A stretch of 64,000 nucleotides of DNA from Eledone cirrhosa (GCA_964016885.1 OZ024741.1:100192001-100256000), one strand, 5' to 3'; positions 28,923 to 43,147 are shown, counted from the stretch's first letter. Numbers and translations: made by a program. The notes: generated by a model not told the origin, from the sequence alone.

Positions 28923-30039
28923 TTATTCAATATTTGGTTCGGTTCCGAACGATTGAGAAATCTTGAACTCTTAACATATGTATATGCTTGTTTCTAGCCT
29001 AACAATTAAAGCAACTAATACAATATAATTACTAGCCAGATTAATTTTGGTTACATGTAGCACTTTGCTAAGCGTTAGTTGCGTGGACCTATTCCAACAA
29101 AAATTTCTGTCCACTTTTGTTGTTTCCAAGCCTCCTTAACCAACGTATGCGAATATTGTTTATTGTTTAGAGTCATCTAAAAGAGCAAACATAATTTCAT
29201 ATATTTATATATATATTACACACACACACACATATATGGGGTAGGGGTGCAAGTGTGTATTTATTTGTATATATAATCTCTGCGAATTTATATGGAGTAG
29301 CCAAAGTTCAGGCACTTTCTCACACTACAATAAGGAAATTCATAATTTGATTTTAAGTACCAGTCACTTTGAACCAATTACATATATCACAAGAAAAAAC
29401 TTCAAGATTACTTTTTAGTACATACGAGCAAAACATATATATGTTTATAAATACCTGTTTCCAAAAGGAAGATATAAATCATGTTAAATTAAATTATCTA
29501 TATAAAAACATATTAGTAAATAAAAAAAGGAATTGTAAAGGAGTTAACAAAATTTCGAGAGAGAAATTTATGAAGAAATATGAAACTGAGAATAATTTAA
29601 ACATCCTCTTGAAATGTAATTTTAAAAAGGTATATAATTATATAAATGTAAAATTAACCTTTTATTTCTTAATTTATTTTATTCATTTACGTTTATGTTT
29701 CTGATTTGCAAAAGATAAAGAAACAAAAAATTCGATTTTCATTTTCTTTTTTTTTAGATATGGGGTTGTTTCGTGAACTGATGTATAAGTGATTCCTGTC
29801 GTTCCGGTTATCACCATGTCATATGACAGACGAAGAACATTGCAGGTTAATTCAGTAATGCATTTATATACGCTAATTCTGATGTTTAAAACTGCATCTG
29901 TCGTTACAATTTGTCAACGCTCCTTTGTTTCTGTTTAGATATTGAAGACAATAGTATCTTGTATAAATTCGCAAAGTTTATATATAAATAGTTCACACAC
30001 GCACACACACACACACAAACACACATAAACACACACACG

Positions 30040-30082
<43 letters not shown>

Positions 30083-30794
30083 CTATATATGTATATATAT
30101 ATATGCACACATCCAAACACACACACACACAAATATATGTATAATTGATCAATGAAACAAAACAAATACAGGGCTGCAAAAATAGAGAGTCGTATTAGGT
30201 TCACGCCTGGAAGAAGTGGAGGAGGGTTCTATGTTTCTGACTGAAGTCTTTCGTCATCAAATTGCGGATAAGGGGAGAAGAGGTTGGTACATGAAAGTTG
30301 AGTAAAGTTAGGAGTCGAAGTTAGGAAACAGTGTTAGGAGGATTTTCATTTGTTGGGGTGGTAGGGCAAGGTTGGGCATTTGGGTGTTGGCGATGAAGTG
30401 GAGTGTCCCGGTGTGTCATGGTTGTGGTTTCGTGTGTGCCGAAGTGATGAAATTGCCCAGGTGTGCGTTGCTTCAGTCTGTATGTGTGTGTGTGAGAACA
30501 TGTGGATGTCACAGAGCCTTATAGTATTGCAGAGCAAACCCCCATGTATTTGTGTATATATTTATAATATATATTAGGTATGAATCGAAGTTGTAGCTGT
30601 CATATAGGAGGTACTATTCGAGATGTTTCGAGGCAATCACAAAGCACACGATAGTGCGGTATGTTAATACAATACCTTCTAAAGTAAACACAACAGTTAA
30701 AATGTGTGACACCAAGAAAAACGACCGAAGGCAGTTACCATACATATACCCCAACAATGATAAATACAGAAAGGTTGAAAACACACACACACGC

Positions 30795-30877
<83 letters not shown>

Positions 30878-31139
30878 ACTTAGGATTCATTCAGTTTGAA
30901 ACTGGTTAGACCATTACTCAACAGAGTACTCGATACTTGGGGTAGTAGAGTATCGTGTTTATATCTTAAGAAGTCGGGACCCGAGGCGGTGGGAGCTCAG
31001 CCGTCACCAATTCAAACTTGATTTTCTTATTTCGCATCATAATTATACACTGACAACCGTAAGTAGTGGGGAGGGAAAGGATTGCTTAAATTGTGGGAGT
31101 AAATTATAAGAACAACATCTAATACAACAGCAAGAAAAA

Positions 31140-31500
31140 CAAAATTAAGAACTCGATGTCCCTCAACATCGGTGTCAGAGCGATGAATATCTTTCGCAAT
31201 TTGCATTATATGCAAATAAACCTTTGCCAAAATGCGTGTTCCAATTCCTGCAAGCATTTAACCAAGTTATTCAACTTTCATTTAGAGTTGTCTGCATCTT
31301 TGGTGACTTTCTGAAATAGCTTATATATGCTATTTCCGAAAGCCACCAAATATCTAGACAACTCTAGTTGAATAAGTTGGTTAAATGTTTGCAAGAATCG
31401 GACCCTGCATGTTGGCAGAGATTTATTTGCATATAATGCAAATTGCGTATATTCACAGCTCTTCCTCCCATGCTGAGGGAAATGTAACTTCTTACTTTCG
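31140..31500. repeat. Foldback palindrome (~180-bp imperfect arms, 8-nt loop)
   Basis: 31195-31320 pairs with 31329-31448 (e.g. CGCAATTTGCATTATATGCAAATAAA / TTTATTTGCATATAATGCAAATTGCG), with weaker outward extension. Lies between ~110-bp direct repeats at ~31023 and ~31857. Confidence 0.8.
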
Positions 31501-33406
31501 CCCTCGTCACTTTTATTAGTAAATTTGATATGGACTTCTTAAATCGCTAATTCTAACAAATTTTATTTTGATTCTGCAATCAGTATTTAGTTCTTCATTG
31601 AGGGAAAGTTAAGTGTACTTAATTTTACAAGAGTTTGATTTTATTTAAGGATAAAAATTAGAAAAGAAAGGAAACAAAAAATGAAGGAGAAAAAAACGAG
31701 TGATACAAAAATATATAGACATAAAAAAAAAAATAAATGGAAGAAATAAGAAGAAAACGCTGTGTGTGCGCGGTGTGTGTAGAAAATAATTCACTCTATG
31801 TTTCTATTCTATAGTAATAAAAAAACAAAAAAATTCCCACCACCACTTCAAACCTGTTTTCTTATTTCGCCTCATAATTATACACTGACAACAGTAAGTA
31901 GTTGGGAGGAAAAGGACTGCTTAAATGGTGGGGGTAAAGTATAAGAACAACAACTAATACAACAGTAACAACAACAATAGACAAGAGAAGTATGGGCGAG
32001 TAAAATAATGTATAGTGAAGGAAAAAAATGTTGAGTAAGGAATAGTAAAGGACCTATTTGGGGAGAGATATTGTAGGTTTAGGAGGGTGTAATTATGGAC
32101 GTTTGGTGGTGGGAGAGAGAAAAAATATTGTATTTGGGAAGAGGAAACATAGTAGAGAGAGCATATAAGTGTATGGGAGAAACATAAAATGAAGAGTGAG
32201 AGAAATAGAGAAGGTGTGAGAAGGGGAGAAAGATGAAAAAGGCGAGGGAGCCAGGACGTAGAAAATACGAGAGAGGCGAGTGAAAGTAAAATTGAATAAA
32301 GGCTGGAGATATGTGACGTGGACATAGAAAACGGAGGGGAGATATTAGAAAGTGAATATGAGAGCTAGAGAGAAATGTATAGTGCATAGAAATAGTGAGG
32401 CGAAGACAGAGGAGAGTGGAGCTGGTTGAGAGAATACAAAAGATGAAGTAGGCTAAAAAAAAAAATTTATAAATTTGAAAGATATACAAAATATAAAATA
32501 CAAAAGATATATAGGAAGATAAATACATAGTGGAATATATATTTAGATATTGAATATATATTTAGATAGATAGATACATAGATAGATACATAGATAGATA
32601 GATTTCTTTATTTGCCACAAGGTGGCACAAGAAAAGGGGACATAACAAAGAGATAGATAGATAGAAGCACAGTTAAATAAATTAAATGTGTGTGCGGGTG
32701 TGTGTGCGCGCGCGTATGTGTAGTGGCTTCAGAAATAGCTGAATAGACAGGGTCATAAATAGATACATACTCATGTAAAGTTGGTGGGAGGGAGTATGAC
32801 ACAGAGTGAGATATATAAATAGAAGAAGATGGGAGAGAAAATAAAGGGGCTACATAGAATCAAAAGATGATATTGAACTTCAGAAAAAAAGACAGTAGGT
32901 GGGGAGACTGAATGAGCAGGGATAACAAGAAATGAGAGAGATAGAAGAAAACATAGTGGTTGTGACATTTGAAGACGGAAGTGTTGGTGGTGATATTGGT
33001 CGAGAAGAACAAGAAAAAGAATTATCCTTGGTGGTTATGTGTCTCCCAAGGGACAAAGTATGCATTGTCTCCGAGCAGCTTAATTGTTGTGAGTAACGAA
33101 GCGTTAATGTAACTTGTATAGGTAACCTTTGACCTAACAGCTATTGGCACCGCACACGAGGGAGCGAACCGAGGAAAGGGTGTACAGCACAGTATGTAAA
33201 TGTGTGTGTGTTTATGTAAATCTATGTGTATTGTGTTTTACATATTCAGTGTTGTATGTGTGTGTGTATTAGTGTATGTGTCTGTGTGTGAATAACTACG
33301 ATCCTACTAGTTATTAGCTTAATGTTTGAATGATGGAGATGTTTGTTTGAATATGCCTGCGCGTATGTAAATATAAAAATGTGTGGATGAGTTTGTGTAT
33401 TGCATA

Positions 33407-33462
<56 letters not shown>

Positions 33463-33976
33463 GTTTGTGCTGCTGACCACTCATGCGGAAACTCCTCTGC
33501 GTCGCGGTCGGGTTCATCTCTCTCCTTCTCTATGTCTCTCAATCTATCTATCTGTCTGAATAAATATAGAGAGAAGGAGAGTGTGAAAGAGAGAGAGAGG
33601 AAGAAAGAGAGAGTGACAGATAGAGATTGGGGTTACCAGATCAGACTAGTAGGACCATTTTTCAGCTAAGTACTCGATATTTGTGAAAATAGAGTGTAAG
33701 TACTGTGAAGAGTTATTGCCCGACGGCTGAGCTCCTACCGCTTCCAATGTGAATAGTTAACAGTTATCCATTCACAGTCGAAACGGCAAGATTATAGCCG
33801 CGTCGCGGAGTAACGTTTCACGATGTATATATATATATATTGTTATACTTTGGGAGGGTCATGTTGCCAATAAGAAACACACGCACCAGTTGCTTTCACT
33901 CCAATTTATTATAAATTAAATTTATAAATTTAGGAATTTATAAATTTTCGGTTGGTTTGTTGGTTCCACATATATT

Positions 33977-34019
33977 GTCAAAGTTCTTTCGTCACACATT
34001 CTGTGGCCTCTTCAGTGAC
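33977..34019 (-). ncRNA. Minimal hammerhead motif
   Basis: GTCA-CTGAAGA-G-GCCACA-GAATG-TGTGAC-GAAA-GAAC-TT-TGAC. Confidence 0.65.
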
Positions 34020-34087
34020 TGCGGATTCTTTTCTTTGTTTTTGTGCCTCTCCTTTGTTCTGTCCTACGCCATCTTGTTTTTGTGTGT

Positions 34088-34128
34088 TCACTGAAGAGGT
34101 CACAGAATGTGTGACGAAAGAACTTTGA
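34088..34128 (+). ncRNA. Minimal hammerhead motif
   Basis: TCA-CTGAAGA-G-GTCACA-GAATG-TGTGAC-GAAA-GAAC-TT-TGA. Perfect 6-bp stem II. Confidence 0.7.
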
Positions 34129-34339
34129 CAATATATGAACAATCGTCTGGTTGTGGAACCAACCAACCAACCCGAAATTTATAAATTCCTAAATTTATAA
34201 ATTTCATTTATAATAAATTGAAGTGAAAGCAAATGGTGCGTGTGTTTCTTATTGGCAACATGACCCTCCCAAAGTATAACAATACCGGTTTCAACACACG
34301 TTTTCAGATAAAAAATCTTGCTAAACAAATTCAGAAACG

Positions 34340-34382
<43 letters not shown>

Positions 34383-34404
34383 AAAGAATGGAGGTGTAAC
34401 ACAC

Positions 34405-34807
34405 GAGTATTCAGTTTTGGTTTTAAGTTTTACCGGTTGCGCATTTCTGATGCTTTTCAAAAATAATTTGGAGATAGAGCGCCCGTGATGTTTGCTCTAA
34501 TCTGATTAGTTTTGGAAATTCTACCTGTTTTATGTAAAAAAAAGGGGTTCCAGATGTATGAAAACATGTTTGTGGTCAAAACCATTTTGATTGGTCGGTA
34601 GAGGTCATGTGAATGTTAAAAATTGATTTTGCGCCAAATGTAGGTTTGTCTCGGCTGATTGAGAAGTCACTGAAAAATAAGTCTTTCAAGACAAATATGT
34701 GTGTGTGTGTGTAGTAGTAGTAGTAAATAGGTTCGTTGTTGTGATAATGGTCAGCAGGGATGTGTGTGCGAACCGCAGCCTGCTGACAGTTCAAATGCCT
34801 ATTAAGA

Positions 34808-34868
<61 letters not shown>

Positions 34869-34871
34869 ATG

Positions 34872-34918
<47 letters not shown>

Positions 34919-37522
34919 GTGTGTGTGTGTGTAGCAGAGTAATTCGTGGTAGAGGGATCGGTCAGTAGGAATGTGTTTGTACGTGTGTGGGGGATATTTT
35001 AACATGTTAAAAGATATTTTTCAGCTCTTGTCTTATACGGAGAAGTGTGTGTGCGTGTGTGTATATGTCTCTTTGTATGTTAATGTACGCATGTGTATGT
35101 GTGTGTGTATATATATGTGTGTGTGTGAGAACGTGTGTGTATGTGTGGGGGGACCAGTATGTTTGTGATTCTGGTAAAAATGGTGTACATTATTCGATAT
35201 TTTCAGTAAAAACGATTCTCCCAATAGAACATCAAAAACCTTAATAATAAAAGGTGTGAAATGATATATATTGTTGGCATAAGACCAAGGTGTGTGTGAG
35301 TGTCCAGATTGTACGTACTGCAAGGGGAATCCATTAGGCCTTGCCGTATTGGAATACTTGTGTACAAATACGTATGTGCCCAACCTTGTGCAATGCATGT
35401 GTGCGTATATGTATGTGTGTGTGTCGGCACGTTTATATCTATAGACATCAAAAGGTATGCAAATTTGTGTATATTTGTGTTGCACCGTAGAACATGTGTT
35501 TTTACGTATGTCATTGTGTTTATATGTGGATAGAGATGTATGTAGGATGTATGCTGATGTAGGTATGTATGTTGACGTGTGTATGTTGTGGGTTCGTCTT
35601 AGGGTGTGGGTGGCATTATCTTTAAATTTGTAGAGGGGAAAGATTCTGAAGTTGGGATGATTTTGGGCGGCACAGTTATCAATGTGTTCACTCAGTGGTA
35701 TTTTCCTGTATTCCCGTATTGTAATTTAGGATCTATGGACAGTCATGCGATGGCGGGGGCTGTTTTTGGTCTGGCCTATGTATTGTTCACGACAACCTGA
35801 GCAAGTTAATACATATATTAGATTTTCTGATGCGCATGTGAAATTGTGTTTTACTATAAAACGTTGTCCTTCTTTGAAATAGAATTTCGAACCCTCTATT
35901 AGTTTGATGCATATGCCACAGTTGGGTCTATCGCATTTTTTTTATTGTGGGTTTCGTTGTTGTGGTTGGCAGTAATTTGGCATATGTTAGGATGTTTTAT
36001 ATTGACTTAGATTGTCTTTTGCTCTTTATGATATCGTGTGTTCGTAGGATTTGGTTCATTCTATGGTTCTTTTTTAACACAGGGATGTTCTGGAGGATGG
36101 TGTCAAAGGCCTCATTGTTGAGGGGGTTGTGTGTGGAGATGTATGGAAGAGCTTTTAGTTTCGGTTGATTTACTTTAGGGTATCTAAGGTCCTGGGTACT
36201 GAGTTTAGGACACGTTGGATTCCATTGTCAATTAGTGATGCAGGGTAGTCCCTGCCTATGAGTGTGTCTTTTAGTTCTTGTAGCCGTAAGTAACAGGTGT
36301 TTTTATTGGACACTATAGTACAGATTCTCTTGGCTAAGTATTAGGGAATATTAATTTTAACGTATCTATGGTGGCAAGAGTTGAAAGGGAGATATTGCTT
36401 GGAGTCTGTGGGCTTGTAGTATATGTCTGTTTCTATTTTTTTGTTATGAATCTTAATGAGGATGTTGAGGAAGGTGAGTTGTTGATGGCTGTATTCCATC
36501 CTGAAGTTAATGTTCATGTTGAGCCCATTTATAAGGGTGTGAAATTCTTTAAGTTTCTCGATGTTTTCGTGCCAATGGATGAAGGAGTCATCTAGATATT
36601 GCTTCCAGTTCCTCTCTATGTGTAAGTGGAGAGTGTTTCCAAATTTGTTTAGTACTTTAGTGTAGAGGGTGATTTCCAGGTATCTCATGACTAGGTTGGC
36701 ATAAGTGGGGGCTGTTTTCGTTCCCATAGCGGTCCCAGATATCTGCCTGTAGGGTTTGTTATTGAAAACGAAGTAATTGTTCTCCAAGATAAATTTGAGT
36801 CCCTCTATCACGATTTGAGTCCCTCTATCACGAATTCTTTTTGATGCGTTGTGGGAGTTCATTGTGGTAATTATACAGCCAGAATTGGATAGCTTCTATT
36901 CCTAGGTTGTGGGGCATGTTGGGGTATAGGTTGACTACATCGAACGTCACTAGTAGGGTTTGTTCAGAAAGGTGCATATTAGGGAGGTGATTGAACATAT
37001 GTAGGTCGTCCCTTATATAGCTTTTGATGTGTTTGCGAAAAGGCTTGAGAAGTGTATCAATAAAGTTGCTAAGGCGGTGGGTTTCGCAAGCGGGGCCTGC
37101 TATTATAGGTCTTAATTTGAGATCATTAGATGAGGGGACATTGATGACTATGTCTGTGGCTTCCTTGCATGCCTTACTTATTAATTCGCTTTTATGTACT
37201 TTAGGGATACCGTAGAAAAGGCTGGATTTACTTGTGAAGTCTGTGATGAAGCTTAATTCCTTGTTAGTGAGTCCTTCTTTGTATTGGTTGATCAGAGTTT
37301 TTAGGTTTCTCATAATTTTCTGTTGATTGTAGTGTTCAGCCTTTTCGTAGTATGTTTCGTTTTCCAAAGTGGAGAGCGCTAAGTTGATATAGACTTTTAC
37401 CGCAACCGGTAAAACTTAAAACCAAAACTGAATACTAACCAATACTATTACTAATTTTTACTTATTCCTAATTAAACTATTTTTCACTGGGAACAAATTG
37501 TCAGCATTTTCTTTTCCTTTTA

Positions 37523-37527
<5 letters not shown>
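34405..37527 (-). mobile_element. Neptune-like Penelope element, copy 1 (5'-truncated, frameshifted RT and GIY-YIG; inverted terminal segment 37398-37527)
   Basis: FYGIPKVHK, LRPIIAG, TFDVVNLY, GTAMGT..AP.YANL, YLDD, TDIYYKPTD. 20-bp tandem duplication near 36793-36832. 37400-37436 is the reverse complement of 34406-34442. Confidence 0.9.
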
Positions 37528-37580
<53 letters not shown>

Positions 37581-37861
37581 GCGATTTGAGATATTTTCTG
37601 TATATGAGTGAGGATATGAAAAGATGTTTTGGCATGTACATATTGATACCTATGGATTGTATGTTAGTATATATGTGTATGTTGATGTGCTGTCATTTTC
37701 TATGGATATTTACGTATGTGCCAATATATAGAGTTTTTCAGACAAAAGTGAATACGCATATATGGGAGTAAGCAAATGTACATACATGCCTGCGTGCGTT
37801 TGTATGTGTGTGCTTGATAATGTGTGTGCGTTTTTGAATCAGTGAAGATGTATATGGGAAT

Positions 37862-38690
37862 AATAATTGATGCTAGTTTTGGCACAAGGCCAGCAATTAA
37901 CTAGTGCATTACTGGTACTTTATATTATCGACCCCGTAAGGATGAAAGGCAAAGTTAACCTCAGCGGGATTTGAACTTAGAAAGGCAAGAGCCGTAGCTC
38001 TGTGCGTCAAAGCATGGCGTCCGACCTTCTACCGATACTTCCAATCCACCGCCCTCATGGGGGGCTACTAATTGTTTCTATTTTTAGCACAAGGCCAGCA
38101 ATTAACCAGTACATTACTGGTACTTTATTTTATCGACCCCATTAGGAGGAAAGGCAAAGTTAACCTCGGCGGGATTTGAACTCATATCATAAAGGGACGT
38201 AACTCTATGCTTAAAATCATGGTGTCCGACTCTCTACCGATTAATAATTGTTTCTACTTTTGACACAAGGCCAGCAATTATCCAAGTGCATTACTGGTAC
38301 TTTATTTTATCGACCCCGTAAGGATGAAAGGCAAAGTCAACCTCGGCGGGATTTGAACTCAGAATGGCAAGGGCCGTAACTCTATGCGTCAAAGCATGGT
38401 GTCCGACCCTCTACCGATACTGCCATTTATTAAAACTTGTTTCTACTTTTTGGCATAAGGCCAGCAATTATCCCAGTGTATTACTGGTACTTTATTTTAT
38501 CGACCCCGTAAGGATGAAAGGCAAATTTAACCTCGGCGGGATTTGAACTCAGTCCGTAAAGGGGCGTAACTGTGCTGCAAAGCATGGCGTCCGACCCTCT
38601 ACCGATACTGCCAATTAATAATTGTTTCTACTTTAGGCACAAGGCCAGCAAATACCCAGTGCATTACTGGTACTTTATTTTATCGACCCA
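37862..38690 (-). mobile_element. Head-to-tail array of about five SINE family A copies
   Basis: Units start at about 37862, 38068, 38244, 38430 and 38617 (last one truncated), each with the SINE body and GTAGAAACA-like 3' end. Confidence 0.9.
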
Positions 38691-39019
38691 ATAATAATAG
38701 AAAATTAGAAACCGCGGAAGTGAAAAGCGTTGAATGAGTGGTGAATTGAAGACGCGCTGTGCTAGGAAGTGACAGTGATGGCGGGGTTAAACCTTTAGTG
38801 GTGAGGGTTTGTGTTGAATTGGTACTGATTGGTAATGGATGCGCGAGGTGAAACAAATCACAAGCAGTAATTCCTGTTAATTCCGGCCCAGAATTTCAGG
38901 GAAATAGGGAGCAGATAAGCGAGAGAAAGTGAAGGAACGACAGATAGGACGTTGGGTATGTATGTGTATTATATATATTTTCCCATTAGGTTCACGCTCG
39001 GGAAGAAATAAATGAAGAC

Positions 39020-39086
<67 letters not shown>

Positions 39087-39091
39087 TCTCT

Positions 39092-39144
<53 letters not shown>

Positions 39145-39875
39145 ACGGAGGAAATGTGGTAAGGAACCAGATGGAACATAACGCACCAAAGTACTCAATA
39201 CTTAGGGTAGTAGAGTGGGTAATAGGAACGAGTAGAACCCCGACGGCTGAACTCAAGCCGTTTAGACGGCTAAATCTGGACTCAGTCCTATATATATATA
39301 TATTTATATATTTCTATTAATCTCCCGAGTCTTACAATTAAGTTGTTAATAATTTTATTGACATGTTAATTGCACAAGTTTATTTTAAAAACTACCCGGT
39401 TGAGAGCTTATTCCATTTGTGCTATTATGAAAAATTTTGCATGGTATGCACATACAGAATTCATTTGCCAAAATCTGCAGTTTTCCCCTGGTAAATTCCA
39501 CATGTACTTTTAAGCGGCTCTGTGTCATTCACAAATTTGGTACATAGCAAAATACCTGTTGATAAGCAGACATTATTTTTATTTAGGTGTCATAGAAACC
39601 CTGCATTTGGATTTTAACATCAATTCCCTTTCAACATCAATTACATGTCTGTGTTTTTTATCATTTATTTTGTTTTGACCTGTTTAGCTTGATTTGCTTT
39701 TTGGCTTAGGTAGTTGATGCTTTCTTGACCACTTTTTGAGTTTAGTATGGCGTTTTAACATATTGTTTAGCTCTGGTTTTTTAACTATCGAGCGCTTGCC
39801 AGTATTATTTCTGATATTTGCTTTTCGTTTCGCCTTTTATACCCGCCGAAATGCGATTCTCGCTAAATTTATATT

Positions 39876-39956
<81 letters not shown>

Positions 39957-39959
39957 CAT

Positions 39960-40485
39960 TTTTATCATTCACGTGACCTCTACCGACCAATCAAAATTGT
40001 TTTGACTACAATCATTTTTGCAACACGAATTGGCGCGAAATGTATACCACTCATTCACGTGACATTCAACAACCAACCAAATCTTAATACCTCTGGAGCC
40101 ACTTTTTTCACATAAAACAGAACGAATTTCCAAAACTGATCAGATTATAGCAAACATTACGAGCGCTCTATCTCAACATTATTTTTGAAAAGCATACAAT
40201 ACAACAGTACAACAGAACAAATACGAATAAATAAGGAAAGTATGTTTATTCAAAAATATAGACAAGCATTAAATATGGTTTAATATACATTATGTCAACA
40301 CCATAACATGCTAACCATCCAAACAGACACATACACACACACATAACACCTTCTACTTTAGAAAATAAAAACCCGAACTAAATAAACCTTAACATACGTT
40401 TGCACTGACAATACAACAGAACCAATACGAATAAGTAAGGAAAATATGTTCATTCAAAAATATTCCTACTAAAGGAATCATTTTC

Positions 40486-40518
<33 letters not shown>

Positions 40519-41725
40519 ATATATATATATTCTCTTCATCTTAACATGCTAACCATACTCCCACACACATAACACCCATACACACACATAACAACCCCCA
40601 CACCTACATACACAACTACCTCCCCCATTTCTACTTATAGAATCACTTTCATACACACATATATGCACACACACAAAATATATATTCTCTCCATCTTAAC
40701 ATACTCGCACACAAACACACATAACACCCATATACACACACAACTCCCTCCCCCTTTTCTACTAATAGAATCATCTTCCAATACACACATACACACACAC
40801 ACACACACGCACACAAATAAACATACATATCTTTACTTTCTTTATTCAATAGAAAATCTGAATTCTGACACCCCAGCGAACTAACCATATTCACTGAACC
40901 AGAACAATACTCCCGTCCCATTTCTCTTGACCATTATCTTTTGCTTGTCATAACATTCTCTAAAAAGGCTACAGAATAGATTTCCAAATAAGGGCGCGAA
41001 AATTTAATGAAAACTTGTTCACGTGACAGCCATAATTTCATTTATAACCAATCAAATTACGTTTATTAAAAAAAAGACTTCGTAAGCCCCCTTTTTTTAA
41101 AGTAAAAAGAAATTCAAACACACACACACACACACACACATACGCGCGCACGCACATACAAACACTCAAATACACATACATATCTTTACTTTCTTTATTC
41201 AATAGAAAATCTGAATTCTGACACCCCAGCGAACTAATCATATTCACTGAACCAGAACAATTCTCCCATCCCATTTTCTCTTGACCATTATCTTTTACTT
41301 ATCATAAAATTCTCTAAAAAGGCTACTGAATGCATTTCCAAATAAGGGCGCGAAAATTTAATGAAAACTTGTTCACGTGACAACCATAATTTCATTTATA
41401 ACCAATCAAATTACGCTTATTAAAAAAAAGCCTTCGTGAGGCCCTTTTTTCAAGTAAAAAGAAATTCAAACACTCTTATATGAGAAAACAACCTGTGCCC
41501 CCCCCCTTGTTTGAAGAACTCTGTAACGCGAACTGCCGCGAAATTTATTATAATTATTGATTGACCAAACCAATCAAATTACTTCTCGAAAAACCTGGAA
41601 TTACGAGCCACTTTTTCCATATAAAACAAGTAACATTCAGAGACCAACCAGATGTGAGAAAAACCACAGACCCTCCATCTCAACTCTACTTTTGAAAAGC
41701 AGAAGTATTGCGAAACCGGTAAAGG
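39960..41725 (+). repeat. Non-coding repeats related to the Neptune-like 3' terminal region, including a ~354-bp tandem duplication (~40820-41120 / ~41175-41472)
   Basis: 39965-40200 is homologous to the reverse complement of 34440-34615. Repeated GGCGCGAAA / TCACGTGAC / CCAATCA modules. Confidence 0.7.
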
Positions 41726-41797
41726 AACCAAATAAATATATATATATTTTTTTTAAATAAGACTCCAGTTACATTTTCGATTTCATCTTTTTTTCTA

Positions 41798-41884
<87 letters not shown>

Positions 41885-41888
<4 letters not shown>

Positions 41889-41990
41889 GGAAAAAATGAA
41901 ACGAAATTTCATTTCTCACTCTTAGTACGGCTGTTACTTAAATATAAGTATGTATACGTACATACATACATGTATACAGACTTACAGTAG

Positions 41991-42000
<10 letters not shown>
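41885..42000 (-). repeat. Fragment of the retrozyme-like family
   Basis: Matches 17687-17800 (GGAAAAAATGAAACGAAATTTCATTTCTCACTCTTAGTACGGCTG). Confidence 0.8.
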
Positions 42001-42039
<39 letters not shown>

Positions 42040-42042
<3 letters not shown>

Positions 42043-42530
42043 TAAACGGAATAGAAAATCCTGACAAATTGTTCACAGTTGAAAAATGGTTTAATTAGGA
42101 ATAAAAGAGTATTAGTAATTGTATGGGTCAGTATTCAGTTGTGGTTTTAAGTTTTTAAGTTTTTACCGTTTGCGCATTTCTAAATGCTTTTTAAAAATAA
42201 TTTTGAGATAGAGTGCCCGTGTTGTTTTCTCTGATCTGATTAGTTTTGGGAATTCTACCTGTTTTTATGTTAAAACAGTGGCTCCAGCGGTACTTTGGTG
42301 TGGCAAAAATTCTTGTGGTCAAAACAATTTTGATTGGTCAGTAGAGGTCATGTGAATGTAAAAAATTGATTTTGCGCTAAGACTATTTTTATGTTAAAAA
42401 AGTGGCTCCAGCGCTATTTGGTGTTTGCAAAAATTCCTTGTGGTCAAAACAATTTTGATTGGTCGGTAGAGGTCATGTGAATAAAAAATTGGTTTTGCGC
42501 CAAGATTGAGAAATGACTCTTTCACAACAA

Positions 42531-42568
<38 letters not shown>

Positions 42569-42637
42569 TAGTAGTAGTAAGGTGTTCGATGTTGTGATAA
42601 TGGTTAGCAGGGATGTGTGTCAAATGGCTATTAAGAT

Positions 42638-42696
<59 letters not shown>

Positions 42697-43078
42697 GCAG
42701 AGTATTTCGTGGTAGCAGGGATGGTCAGTAAGAATGTGTCTGTAAGCAATGGGGGGTATTTTAGCATGTCAAAAGATATTTTTCAGCTTTTGTCTTATAC
42801 GGAGAAGTGCGTGTGTGTGTGTGTGTATAAGTCTCTTTGTATGTTAATGTACGCGTGTGTATGTGTGTGTGTATATATGTGTGTATGTGTGTGTAAGAAT
42901 GTGTGTGTGTAAGAATGTGTGTGTGTGTGTGGGTGAACCAGTATTTTTTCCCCCTGGTAAAATGGTGTACATTATTCGATTTTTTCAGTAAAATCGGTTC
43001 TCTTAATAGAACATCAAAAATCTTAACAATAAAAGGTGTGAAATGATATTCACTATATATATATACACATACATATAT

Positions 43079-43147
<69 letters not shown>

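Larger units (their letters stand above)
33839..34343. mobile_element. Inverted pair of family B pseudo-LTRs, each with a hammerhead
   Basis: Arms 33839-34018 and 34088-34283 are reverse complements. Same sequence as the ends of 14014-14979. Confidence 0.85.

Noticed and set aside
37862-38690. Regularly spaced repeats suggesting a CRISPR array
   Set aside because: Units are ~180-bp SINE copies without unique spacers. No cas genes, and the context is eukaryotic.
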